Numbered from the whole stretch's first letter, positions 40,214 to 52,420 are shown. The stretch is DNA of 63,891 nucleotides, filler included, from Phoronis australis (GCA_002633005.1; 8 parts of 8 records of this genome joined end to end with filler, not necessarily neighbours in it), one strand, 5' to 3'. A program made the numbers and translations. The notes: generated from the sequence alone by a model not told the origin.

Positions 40214-40295
40214 GTTATTCTGAAAGGCACTCTGACATACTACTTATCCTACATCTTAATCGACGACATCGTTCTATCTCGTTCCTGCAGAAAAG
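40214..40295 (+). CDS. MAM domain C-terminal exon
   Basis: ccttttccacag acceptor; VILKGTLTYYLSYILIDDIVLSRSCRK matches the MAM end pattern V.FEG....IAIDDI.L...C; AAG|gtacgt donor, phase 1. Confidence 0.65.
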
Positions 40296-40660
40296 GTACG
40301 TCACACACGTATTGCCAGTATTAGGCCTACAATCACAAATAATAATAATGGAATGTTCAATTCCTTCGTGTTAACTAGTGTACAGTCTAGAAACTGTGGC
40401 AACTACATAAAGAATTTAATTTTTGAATTGAGGTAGCTGCTCTGGTGAAGATGGTCTTCACTACAGAATACACAAGTGTTCATCGAGTGACATACGATGC
40501 ACGGCATTTTTTACTGACAAGAATGTAACAGAGAATAGTTGGTGATCCATGTTAAATGAAAAAGGTCAGACAATCGAGTGGCAAGCTCATATCCCTGCAG
40601 TGGATAGTTTTGTTGACATGGTTAAACTTCACAGTAAATATTGCCAATTATTATTTTAAG

Positions 40661-40813
40661 TTGAGCGGCCTACGGAAGCAGCTGTGTTGAAACTGGTGGG
40701 TGGTCTCACCTCGACAGAGGGGAGGATCGAAGTCTACCGAAAGGGATTGTGGGGAACAGTTTGCGATGACGAATTTGGTCTAAACGAGGCCAATGTTGTG
40801 TGCCGGCAGATTG
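40661..40813 (+). CDS. SRCR domain first-half exon (gene fragment, possibly pseudogenic)
   Basis: [43 protein letters not shown]; ttttaag acceptor in phase 1 fits the preceding MAM exon. The donor is weak and no second-half exon was found on this strand. Confidence 0.8.
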
Positions 40814-41326
40814 GTATTCTTATATTTTCGTTCTACTAACGTCATTCTAACTGATTTGTGAGGATAGTCAGTCTGGTCAAAACAGAAGTGCACGTGTACT
40901 GCATGTCCTCGTGGCATAGTCGTGGACAACGAAGCACAAACAAAATTAGCAGATTAGCAGACATCACCTCAGCAATTGCTGAAATTTTTTTAATAGTTTG
41001 ATTTTTGTCCGAGCGTGTGTGAGTGTTTTTTGATTTTGTTTTTGCTGTGACCCTCGATTTCCAATGCTGGTCAATAACGTTGCTCGTGAACAAACTTCAC
41101 CCTTCATCTTAGAGTTTAAGCACGGTGTCCAAAATATAGTATTCTGACAATAAGTTTTCCAAGAGGAATGCAGTGGCCTCCTAAGAAAGCGAGTTTTGTA
41201 TTTTAATACCGACCTGTCGAAGATCATACGGTCGATATTGTTCGAGACTTAGCTACATATAGGCGTACAGTCGGTTTATGAGCCGAACACTGCAAATTAT
41301 AAGTAGGTTCAAGCTTAAACTCAGTC

Positions 41327-42772
41327 AAACCGTCAAGCGGGAATTTTCAGGTGTTTAAGGAAGGCGAGGTGGGAACAATAACGCGTCCGGCTTCTGAGCG
41401 AGCTGTTGGCGGTATAACAGTGTCCGACCTAGTAACTCTGCGCGTGTAAGCGCAGAGTACTGTTGTTCCTGGGTTTTCTTCAATTTTATTCTTATTCTTA
41501 TTCTTATTCTTCTTCCGAACAACTTTGAGGCTTAATAACTCCAAATTGGGTGCAGGTACGGTCTTTAAATTCAGCATATGACTTTTGACAGTATGTAAAT
41601 TTTGATTGGTTATATAATCATATTCCATATTGCACCGGAAGAGGTCGTTTGGTGCAAAGGTCATATAATTTTTAAAATGCTACTCCTCCTTCAGTTTTAA
41701 AGCTATCTTTTTCAAATTCGGTGCACAGGTATACGTGTAAGTCAACATGACAATTTAAAAAATTACTTTTCTAAGTAATCGGGCCATCCAATCAGGTGAA
41801 ATTGGTCAAAGGTCATTATGTGCAAACTAAAATTTTGAGCTAGACACTTCAAATTGACAGGTCTGATTGCCACAGGTAAATCAAATCTGAATCCAAAGTT
41901 TCAGGTCATTTAGTGCAAACATGGGGTCACAAGGTGCATTTTTCTTCTGAAAATTTGACCTTTTCAATCAGGAAGTATTCTGATGTGTCAACCGTTAGAC
42001 GACTGTGATTCTCAGCGTTAAACACATTTTCCATGGATTTTGCAATAATTCTTCTAAAGATGCTTAAAAGTCACCGGATAAGGTCAATTAGTGCAAAGGT
42101 CCTGTAACGTTCAAAATGTTATATGTCTTACGTTTTTCAATGAATTCTTTTCAATTTCAGCACACTGGTGTAAGTCAACATGCCAATTGAATACCCTACT
42201 TTACTTTGCAATAAGCCTAACCAATCAGAAAAATAGCTCAAAGGTCATTGAGTGCAAACTAAAATTTTGAGCTAGAGACTTCAGAATTACGTATCTGTTT
42301 ACTAAGTGCGATTGAGTTTAAATTCTAAATTTCCAGGTCATTTGGTGCACCCATGGGGTCATTAGGTGCATTTTTCTTCTGAAAGTTTGACCACTTCATT
42401 CATCTTGTATTCTGAAGTGCTTAAAGTAAAACATCTGTGATTATTAGCATTAACCACACTTTTAATCGAGTTAACAATTACTCCCTCATCGGGGCACATA
42501 ATGCACCGGAAGAGGTCAATTAGTGGAAAGGTCATCAAAAAATTAATATGTAATTTCTCCTACAATTTTAAAGAATTCCTTTTCATATTGGTAAACCGGT
42601 TGCTGTCAGTAACTTCCCATAATAATTCCAGTAATACGCACGCGCGCAGTCCGTTATTGTCACGCCGTGACAATAATCTTTCTAGTTTCTATATGCATTT
42701 CTAGGGAGGTTACGCCTTCGGCTATTCGACCCCCTCTCCCAGTAGATATTGGCTTTTGTACTTTCGCGGTTT
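41327..42772. mobile_element. Helentron/HINE-like non-autonomous element with internal ~435-bp tandem units
   Basis: Short AAACCG/CGGTTT ends, (TTATTC)n near the left end, units restarting at ~41630, 42070 and 42500 rich in AGGTCA, GC-rich hairpin-like tract near 42700-42740. Family assignment is inference. Confidence 0.45.
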
Positions 42773-43119
42773 TGATCAGCACCACTCACCACACGCCTTT
42801 GACATTTTCAAAGAGTAAATCAACAGAAAACAAAGCCATACCAATATGGTTTGGACTGGCTCAACCTTATGTCCTGTAAGGGGAATTTGTGGCAAAAGAA
42901 ATTGTATCTACTGGGTTTTGAATCATCGTTTTAAGTTTAGTCTCGCTGGTTCATAAATCTTACATGACACTAAATAAATTATACTCCACTAATTTTCTTT
43001 TCAATTTGTTCAGGGTCTGGGAATAATATTTGTATTCGAAATCCAACATAGTTTTGTCATTGCCTATTCTACTTTTGTGCTAACCCAAATTATGGGGATA
43101 ATCATTACATGGGTACCAG

Positions 43120-43520
43120 GGCCCGGTCTCTAATCTTTGTACTCGAAACGAACTCGAAACTATTTTTGGCAATTTCTCTGCTCCTTTAGTGCGAACTTAA
43201 GATAACTGGTTATCAGACTGTGCTCGAATACATTATAGTTTATGCATAGGAGTTTCTAGTTCAAGTTTGCCCTTGAACACCCTTATATTCGGGCTACAAA
43301 CTCGAGTAAAAACTCGAAATTTCGAGTTCAAACTCGAACTTATTGCTTTAATATTGGGTTTACAAACTGTGAACTAAGGGCAATGAATTATCTACGTAAA
43401 TTATTGTGTAATCGAGCATAGAATAATAGACACTTATCTTGAGTTCGCCCAAAAGTAGAGTAGAAACTGCCAAACCAAATTTCGAGTTCCATTTCGAGTA
43501 AAAAGATTGGAGACCGGGCC
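43120..43520. mobile_element. PIF/Harbinger-type MITE
   Basis: TIR GGCCCGGTCTC(T/C)AATCTTT..; 3-bp TSD CAG on both sides; subterminal ACTCGAAA motifs. Confidence 0.8.
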
Positions 43521-44077
43521 CAGATTTTGATAACCAGTTTCAGTGTGGAAAACTGATTCTCAAAAAGAGGGACATCTGTAATTGTCTATTACATGTATAA
43601 TATGCTCGAATCATTACACTGAGGCACTGATGTCGAAATTTTGAGTTTCTGTTCAAAGGGCCTGGAACGCGATGAACAGCTAAATTTCTAATTTCGAAAG
43701 TGCTTCTCTGCCACTGGTTTGATTGTAAAAGGTTTTAATTCCTGTTGATATCAAAGCATATTTTTAGTTTCAAATTTCAAAAAACGATCAAAACCACGTC
43801 TCCTTATTTGGTATGGCAAGACATAGATGTAATACATTTCATGACGGCGTTCTCCCCTTCGGTGACTTTACCATACGTAGAGGGTTGTGAGCTGGTAATA
43901 ATATTTATATGCGCTAACTGCGAAGCGATACCGAAGCTAGTTTACAGTGAAACAACACATGTAGTTGAGATAAAAGGNNNNNNNNNNNNNNNNNNNNNNN
44001 NNNNNNNNNNNNNNNNNNNNNTTAATTAATTAANNNNNNNNNNNNNNNNNNNNNNNNNNNNNNNNNNNNNNNNNNNN

Positions 44078-44395
44078 TGGTCAGTATCATACAGCAAGTC
44101 AACGTGGTCAGTATCATACAGCAATTCAACAGGGTCAGTATCATACAGCAAGTCAACAAGGTCGGTATCATACAGCTAGTCAACAAGGCCAGTACCATAC
44201 AGCAAGTCAACATGGTCAGTATCATACAGCAAGTCAACATGGCCAGTATCATACAGCAAGTCAACAAGGTCAGTATCATACAGCAAGACAACATGGCCAG
44301 TATCATACAGCAAGTCAACAAGGTTCAGTATCATACAACAAGTCAACATGGCCAATATCTTATAGCAAGCCAACATGGTCCATATTGTACAGCAA
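44078..44395. repeat. 27-bp minisatellite (~11 copies, runs into gap)
   Basis: Unit ggtcagtatcatacagcaagtcaaca(t/a). Confidence 0.9.
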
Positions 44396-46656
44396 CTGTT
44401 ACTCCCCAACACCACGTCACGATACTTACTGAAAAAAATTCAGTGGTTTATGGCAGATCATTTTTGACACAAAATTTGTTCATAAAAACATTTGGTAATT
44501 TTCAACATACTTCATTTTCACATCATCGCTATAAGTTGTGTTTCTAACTAATTTGACCAAGTAATCACAGAGATAAGGAATTAGCCTGCAAGTTCCACTT
44601 AAAGTGTAACTTAAGTTTTGTCTTAATTTTAACTATCTTACCCAATGTGGAAGTTTCAAAGTTTGAGAGTTAAGACAAATTTTAGATTAAGTCAAAATGA
44701 GCTTGTCAGTTTCCGAGAATGGTTCCCAGAGCTATCAGTAAATGGCGCAACAAGTCCGTGCTTTGGATTGTTTTTCAGGTTCGCTGCTTGTTATGATACT
44801 TGTCACTTCCTTTTGTCCCTGAATTTGTTAAAAGGCATGTTTCCGTTGCTCTCTTATGAAACCCTACATTTCTTGTATAGTTGTAAGCACTTAAGAGTCA
44901 AAGTTCAATCTCCGTATGGTTTCAATAAACCCTCTGAAAGTTGTGCTTTCACTTTTTGGAACCTCGAAAAAAAAAAAACTTTGCCCCTAGCAGAACACAG
45001 AACCCGTCTTAACTTGGGAAGAGGTCATCTCCTAAATGCAAACTGAAGTGCCAAATTTTACAAGTATCTCTCCACAAACTTGCCAAGGTAGAAATAGAGG
45101 CAAATGCAAACAACTGAAATTGCCACAAAGTGATCCAGTGGCAACTAAATTTGTTTGGAAAAATATATTGTAAGGGGTTTCAGATACAGCAGAGAACACC
45201 GGAACGAATGGACCCTACACATGGTTGACGGCAATATGAATCCACAATATGGGCTGCAGGCACTTACAAATTAAGGTAAAACAACAAAGGAAATAAACAG
45301 TAAACATAACTTGGATTATGGCAACTAAACACATAATGACAGAGCACAACAACAAACAATGATTAATGAATACTATTAAATACAAATATGAAACAATATC
45401 CAAGGATTAACGATGGAGAGATCTAACAACAAACTGAATCACGCACACAAAAGATTGCAAACTGAATGAGGCCAGCAGGTAAACATGATGTGCCAATGCC
45501 TGTTGCAAGGACATGCAGCTGAATAACTGGACAGGGGTGAACTAAAACTAGAGTGATGAGTGAACAGGCAGTCACCTGCAGACTGGACACAGGAATCTGC
45601 CTCAAGAACAGATTAGACACATCCTTCACAGTCGCATGGGCATTCTCGGGTAAATGGAGTAGCTGAAAAAGTCAGATAGTGAATAAAGTCCAATGGGACA
45701 TAGTAATGCTGCTTACCTACTTTTGGTCCAAAATAGGAAAGGAAAATACACGTCAGATTCATGTTGCTAGCCTTAAACTTACTGTACACAGGATATGAAT
45801 TATATCGACAAGAGCAACGCAGAGCGTTGAAATACGCCCACAATTGCACCGTATACGGTATCCTTCTAGGGTTGTTTATTGGTACCATAAAGTGGCCAGT
45901 AGATGGCATATATGTAGTATGTTGTACTTTGCAAAATGGAAAGGCATGGTCATTGTCTCCTCAATAGGCTAGGTTTCAAAATGTGAGTGATCTTCATAAT
46001 ACAAGCGCANGTTACGCGTTGGAATTATGGATGCTCTGGAACATTGGGAACCCCATTTTGGACACCCTATTTTCTATATCCTGGATAAAGGCCTGGTCCA
46101 CAGTTGGCAATAAGGGGACAATTCAAATTTTGGCCTAGGCATCATTTCTGGAGGTAATTTTTGCAATTAGTTCGTATTGGCAATGTATGCCGTATGTAAT
46201 GTCATAAACTTAATGAAGAAAAAATACAAGACACACTTTGTCCATCACCCCCATTCCATTATTTACTCCTAACCACACATCTACAAACCCAGATACGCCA
46301 TCTGTGTACATGAACATACTGAACATGAAAACCAAAATTTCACAGTGAATTCTTCATAACATTGTATTCACTGTATTCGTGTGGTCAGGTGAAATTCAAC
46401 TTTCGAAACACCATATTAGCATGAGGGTAATACTAGTTATGGCTTCACCCAGACTGGCTTAACTAGAAGTCTGAGAGGCATTGGGCAAATATCAGTTCTT
46501 GCTTCATCAAGGATAGCCTAGCAAGAGGTTTTGATAGGCACAAGCCAAGGGTAATATCTATATTTATTTCACCAAGACTAACCTGTCTAAGGTCCGAGAG
46601 AGGAGGCAACACAACTGTCTTTTCCATAGTGTGCATGACCATCTTCCACAGCTCCT

Positions 46657-47083
46657 GTATTACGTACAAGGTAACAATCAAAACACGACTAACAAAAAAC
46701 AGCTTAGGTATTACAAAGTAACAATCAAAACACTGCCTAACATAAAACAACTTTTCATTTTATTATTGACAATTGTCACTGGATAACTTATGGAGTCATC
46801 TTAATAACAAGTGCAACAAACTAGTGTACAAATAAGGTAACCAAATTCAAGTTAATTTTGGATACAGTGATGAAGTGAATGAAGGTTTAACAAACCAAGT
46901 GAATGAACGTAGTGTCTGACTAACCTGCATCACCCGTTTATAGACAGCATGGCAAGTCACACGGTGGCACAACGGTATACTGATCAAAACAAAGGTTTAG
47001 AACATATACAAGTGTACAGCTGATTGCACATCCTACTAAGCCAACACCCACGATAGTCATACCTTTAGCAGTCTCTTAAGCAC
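46657..47083 (-). mobile_element. Possible LTR fragment
   Basis: Minus strand shows TATAAA (~46940), a T-rich tract, AATAAA (~46760) and a ..TAATACA end. No PBS or second LTR seen; runs into the gap. Confidence 0.3.
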
Positions 47084-48189
47084 NNNNNNNNNNNNNNNNN
47101 NNNNNNNNNNNNNNNNNNNNNNNNNNNTTAATTAATTAANNNNNNNNNNNNNNNNNNNNNNNNNNNNNNNNNNNNNNNNNNNNCCCACAACCCCTCGACC
47201 CACGACCTGCGCCAATAGACGTACCTGCGCTCTTTACTCGGCATTTCATAATCATATTACGTCACTAAAGGACTTTCCAGTAAGACTTACACGCAAATCT
47301 GATCTAGCTCAAGTCAGATGGTTAAAAACAGAAAGTGGTGTAAGAACACGTTCTGAAATAGCAGATTTTGAGCGTGTTATCGTTGCCACGGAAATAGTTC
47401 TACAAGCAGCTACCAATGGCCCTGTTTACTAGACTTAGGAGAGTGTACGTATTTTCACATGTTTATTACTTGCTTTTTGTTGTATACTCGTTTACAAGAT
47501 AACTCATGTAACGTTGAGATACTTTTTAGTTAACAATTTGTTTTTAAAACTGTATTCAGAAGAAATTACATTTTCTTCAGTTTCTCGCGCTCTCTCAAAA
47601 AAATCTTGAATCTGTGATTCACTGAAGAGCAAACGAGACGATACTTTGCCGAGAACGACATTTGTAACGTTGGTAGGGCTTTGATTTGCTCGTGTTGTTT
47701 TTTACTTTGTTTTTGGTTTCCAAACTTGCCGAATCGACTCTTTAGATTGCAAAAAAACAAGGAAAAGCCAGCCGACCTCACGGCACGACTCGTTGGTCCT
47801 GCAAGTCAGCGCTAATTTTATGTTCGGATTGAGTCGAGCTTGTGTAGACTGAGTCGAGGGGAGTGTGGGCCTTGGGTCGAGGGAGTCGTGGGGGTTGTGG
47901 GTCAAGGGGTTTCGTGGTTCGAGTGGATCATGCGGTGTGGGAGTCGCGGGGTTTTAGAGCAATCCGAATTTTAGTGCTAAATTTCAACTTCGCACTTTCG
48001 GAAAAACCGCGACTGCGCAGAATTAATCTACGGGTTCACACCTAGCATTTTTTCATTTAGAACACTCGTAAATCACACAAGGGTCATTCGTAGCCTTCAC
48101 ACGCAGTACAAAACTCAAAACGAGCAGCCAGTTTCTCCACTGTGTCACGGCTAGCTCTCGACTGAATGCGCCGGCCCACACAGAAGTTC

Positions 48190-48203
48190 ATTTGCATATA
48201 AAT
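48190..48203 (+). promoter_or_regulatory. Possible EcKL promoter: octamer ATTTGCAT overlapping TATAAA
   Basis: catttgcatataaatg about 540 nt upstream of the EcKL exon. Motif match only. Confidence 0.25.
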
Positions 48204-48734
48204 GTCCCGGCAACAATCGCTGAACACTGACGCCTGCAAAGTAACAGACTATATTCACAATTATCCATTCTTTACAATCTCGCTAAGCTTCGTGTGATGT
48301 TGCATTTTTTGCGATGTACTCGTGTCTAAAGCAGTCTGGCTAAATGAATTACTACAGTACTATAATAATTTGATCTACGTCCTCTGGCGGTGCTTTTTTA
48401 ATTTACCACCATCCCGCAATCCTTTTGACAGCCCAAGCTTTAGTCCAAAACATATTAAACGTCGGTTGTGGCTATCGTACATGAAAATACAGGAGCGAGT
48501 ATAATTAAAAATTAAGTACTTGTATAAAGTGCGGTAGGTTTTGGTTTCGAGTCATCACCTGCATTGGTATTCATTCACTAGATGCTCCTACTTTATGAGT
48601 AAGCTGCAACCTAAGAGCATTGTGTATGTTTATTGGTTTTTACTCTAGCTTTCATCAGATATATCACTAACAGTCAAAATTATTTATTCATAGCCTTGGG
48701 TAAATGTGCAAACGTGACTGTTTTTTATGCTTAG

Positions 48735-49909
48735 GTGACAACATGGCCACTTATGTACTTCGTGTCAAGGTCACAGCTCAGCGAGATGACACAGAAGAAG
48801 AGCATAGCCTCATCGTGAAGACAACTAAGAAGAACGAACAGCAGAGCGAAATGGTTTTAAAAGCACGATTATTTCAAAAAGAAATTGGTGCCTACACGAA
48901 GATAGTGCCAGCATTGATACAGATGCAAGAGAATTTAGGAATAAAACCCATAGTTCCGTCAGTACCTATATTCTGCTACGGAAGGGAAGATTCAACGGAT
49001 GTACCCGGTATAGTCATAGTTAAAGATTTGAGACCAAAGGGGTTTACCATGATTGACAAGAGACAGGGAGCTGATTTGGACCACTGTAAGTTAGTTATGA
49101 AAGAACTGGCAACCTGGCACGCATTGACGCTGGCACTTAAGAACAGAGACGTGAAAAAACTGACACGAGACTTCGAATTTGTATTCCACGAGGCACAGTT
49201 CGGCTCTGTATTTGGAGATATGTTGAAAACGGGTGGAAAAAAAAGCATTGGAGGCCTCCTGGATGTCGTGCAGAACTCGAGTTCAGTGTCAACAGAAATC
49301 AAAGAACGAGCCAGAAAATTGTTGGAAATACAAGACCGAATCCTTGAAGAGGTCCAGGAAGCCATCCGTCCTGATGAGTCATTTGGTGTTATTTGTCACG
49401 GTGACAGTTGGGTTAATAATATGCTGTTTCGGTACGAAAATGAGAAGCCGGTAGCAATATCCCTACTCGACCTGCAAGTAGTGCGGTATTCTATACCGAC
49501 AAGCGACTTGGCCTACTTTCTTTTTCTCAGCACCTCAAGAAGCTTGCGCAAAGCTCATCTTCAAGAACTTCTAGAACTCTACCATACGACCTTCATGAGC
49601 GTTCTTCGACATGTTAAGTTCGAGTGTCCAGATTTCACGCTCGAAATAGTCAAAAGAATGTTCAAAAAGTCCGCCGTGATGGGCATCCTTATGGGAATCA
49701 TGGCTATTCCCTTCCTTCTAGCTGGCCAAGAGAAATACGAAGATTATCAAAAAATGAGAAACGAGGCTACAAGCAAAGAAGAATACATGAAGAGATTCGA
49801 AGAATTGTTTCAGAAATCGAAAATAGAGAACGCCAACGAGGTTGATATGAAGTTAAAAGAATGCTACATTGGCTTCATAGAGGACGCCGTAGACTTCGAG
49901 GTCATATAG
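48735..49909 (+). CDS. Ecdysteroid kinase-like (EcKL / CHK kinase-like, APH/choline-kinase fold) protein, main exon
   Basis: The 401-aa ORF (48704-49909) has GDNM..RVKV, SLIVK, LFQKE..AY, KDLRPKGF, LATWHA, the catalytic loop CHGDSWVNNMLF, LLDLQ and SDLAYFLF. A polypyrimidine-ttag acceptor at 48734 suggests the first ORF codons are intronic. AATAAA near 50068. Confidence 0.9.
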
Positions 49910-50085
49910 ACCTAACTCACGTGGCGAACATTAACATCCAAAGCGAGGCTCAGTGCGATAAACAAAGCGGAAGTTGACATTGCGTGAGTTAAATTGCCAG
50001 TATTTCGAGTCCATCCTGGGTATTAAATCTTAACAATGTGTCAATAATTAACTACAGAGATGTAGAAAAATAAATCATAGAACAA

Positions 50086-50333
50086 GGGCCCGTTCCAAGA
50101 AACTGACTTAAGTTCATTATTGACTTAAGTCTAAGATTTGTCTTAACTTCCAAATTTTGAAACTTCCATATCTGGTAAATTCATCAAAATTAAGCCAAAA
50201 CGTACGTCAAACACTTAAATCAAGCTTAACATCTCTTTCTTGAAATGATTTTGAGACAAATTGAACTTTTATTTTAAAAGTTAGTAAAATTTAGGAATTG
50301 TCTTAGCTAAGTCAGTTTTGTTGGAACGGGCCC
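50086..50333. mobile_element. Harbinger-type MITE (family B)
   Basis: TIR GGGCCCGTTCCAA(G/C)AAACTGACTTA; 3-bp TSD CAA. Confidence 0.8.
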
Positions 50334-51355
50334 CAAGTCTATGCAACAAAGAGTTGTCTAACGAAAGGGTATATTTTCTCGGAAAATTAGGTCCGAATCA
50401 TAATAAGTAAATATGACCAAATTGTGGCGATCGTAGTGTTACGGATTAGGTATTATGGTGAATGCAGGGTTACGTTTCTTCTTGTAAACTTTTGATAATG
50501 CTTTCTACACGAACCAGGTCATCTGCTCGTATTGTTGACGAGTTGAAGATATATTAGACAGTGGTGGCTCATCACATTTTGCTGTGATGTGCAATTAGTC
50601 ACATCTGGTTTAATTTGTTGTTCAAGCATAGCCTAGGTCCTGGTGAGGTAGGGACTACCGGGACTAATAGTTGATTTGTCATTGATCTGAAAGAAAAAAT
50701 GTTATTAAATATATTTTAAAAAATAGATAAACATGCTGGTAATTGAAAATAAAAACTATTTGACCATCGATTGCGCTTTCTTGGTTTTAATAATTCTTAC
50801 GTCTGTTTCATAATTCGTTCGTCTAAACATAACTTCGTTTTAGAGCTTAATATCAGTTAACTGGACAGAGCAAGCATACATGTAGTTATCATCATAGGCG
50901 GATTTAGGGGGGCTCCCTGCCCCCCCCCCNAGTAGAGGCTCTCCCGCAATATTCCAGGCGACCGGCAGTGGCGCTGGGCACTACGACTCCGTTCCCGTCA
51001 TCTGCTCCACTGTGCAATGAAGAAAATTACTTCATTTAAAAAAATGGAATCTGAGTGGTGATGAAAAAACAGACGTTTCTGGTAAGATGTCAATTTTAAT
51101 CGAAGCCTTAATGAATCACTCAGGAACTCATAATTCTCTCTTTGTCAAACCGATTTCCAAAGCAATCGCGTCATTATTGCCAACACAAAAACGGATTTGG
51201 TCTTTTGGGCAATTGAAGACTATTTTAAATACAACAAAACTGATATCACAAAATATAAAACTTGTAATGAGCATTACAAAAAGAAGGAGGTTTCGCTCGC
51301 AAACGCTGTGGACTATAAACAAGTAGGTCTCTTAGTAACAAAGTATGAGTTAAAT

Positions 51356-51420
51356 CGTGGTGGTGCAGTGGTAAAGCACGCGCGCTCTATCTGCCAGGTC
51401 GTGAGTTCGAGTCTGTGGTA
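51356..51420 (+). repeat. tRNA-derived SINE-like head
   Basis: TGGTGCAGTGG A box and GAGTTCGAGTC B box. Confidence 0.5.
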
Positions 51421-51535
51421 ATTGCAGTTTGTCCTGTGTGACACTTTCTCTGCTTTTCTTTTGCCTTTTTTCTTGGATAATACTTCGGGAATCAAGGAAA
51501 ATGATTGACTTTTAGAGGAAAAAACCCTCCAGACC

Positions 51536-51690
51536 CAATGGCGGATTTAGAGGGGGTCAAGAGGTCATGGAACCCCCTAAAACTCTCCCAGATTCCATTT
51601 GGCAGTTCGGGGGTACTCCGTCTGACGGGTAAAATCCTGGCTAATTCTCTGCCTTGCCCCCTCTAAATAAAAATCCTGGATCCGCCCCTG
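51536..51690. mobile_element. Small hAT-like MITE nested in 50893-51795
   Basis: CAATGGCGGATTTAG...CTGGATCCGCCCCTG; flanks AGACC/CGACC (5 bp, 1 mismatch). Confidence 0.65.
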
Positions 51691-52264
51691 CGACCTCCCC
51701 CCAGTCGGTGCTATGCGCATTTATATTCGTGGTTTGAGCAAATGTTTACAGACAAAATGTTGGCCCCCCCTTGTGATATCCTAGATCCACCACTGATCAT
51801 GTTTCTTCAGAGGCCTCGTTCATCCGAGGGGAAAGGTGCCTATGCCCTCTGAGAGGGGAATCTTTTCGCCGAGTGAGGGAAAAATCTACCTCCCGATCAC
51901 CATCAGTAGCACCCGCGGGCCTGTTGCAAGTTCTCATAGGCTCTGTTTCTAGTAGCATTTTGTGCTCTTTCAAATTGTCACCTGTGTGGTTAGGAAATTT
52001 GAACTCCGAAGAGAAATTTCAATTACTAGGGGAATTTTTTTGAAGATTTTTTAGAGAGAAATAGGGACGATATTCGGCCCCAAAATCGAGGGATTGAAGG
52101 CTCTGTCCTTTTTGAAAAGAAAAAAGCATCATGTTTCAACCCGTAGTCATGAAAACACAGCCTGGCTGGCCGAAGATTCTGCGGTTGTTTTTATGATGCT
52201 CGACAACCGAGATGCGACAGAATATGATCTAACTTTTCGAAAACAATTATAAATTTCACATCGG

Positions 52265-52420
52265 ACATATTTTCCTTCGTCGTGGCGTATGGCAACGACC
52301 CAACGCTTCCGAATGTCAACGTCTTTAGGGATTGTAGAACAGACAGTTGAATGTCCGTATTTTTTTTTGTCTGGACAGCATGCATGTAGCCCGTCAAGTA
52401 AGCAAATCAAGGCAGGTATG
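52265..52420 (-). pseudogene. THAP domain N-terminal remnant
   Basis: ..IPKDVDIRKRWVVAIRHDEGKY follows a degenerate Cys-containing start; typical of THAP (FPKD...R..W..AIRRD). Confidence 0.6.

Larger units (their letters stand above)
50893..51795. mobile_element. hAT-like MITE with 5-bp TSD
   Basis: TIR CATAGGCGGATTTAGG versus reverse complement CAGTGGTGGATCTAGG; ATCAT on both sides. Confidence 0.65.

Noticed and set aside
45169-45630. Solo LTR (TG...CA ends)
   Set aside because: No target-site duplication and no clear polyA signal; unsupported.
48704-48734. MCKRDCFLCL as the true EcKL N-terminus
   Set aside because: It reads as a branch point plus polypyrimidine tract and ttag acceptor, directly before the conserved GDN.
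48976-49845. Overlapping ORFs within EcKL (also those overlapping SC5D exon 4)
   Set aside because: Antisense or alternate-frame shadows of real coding sequence.
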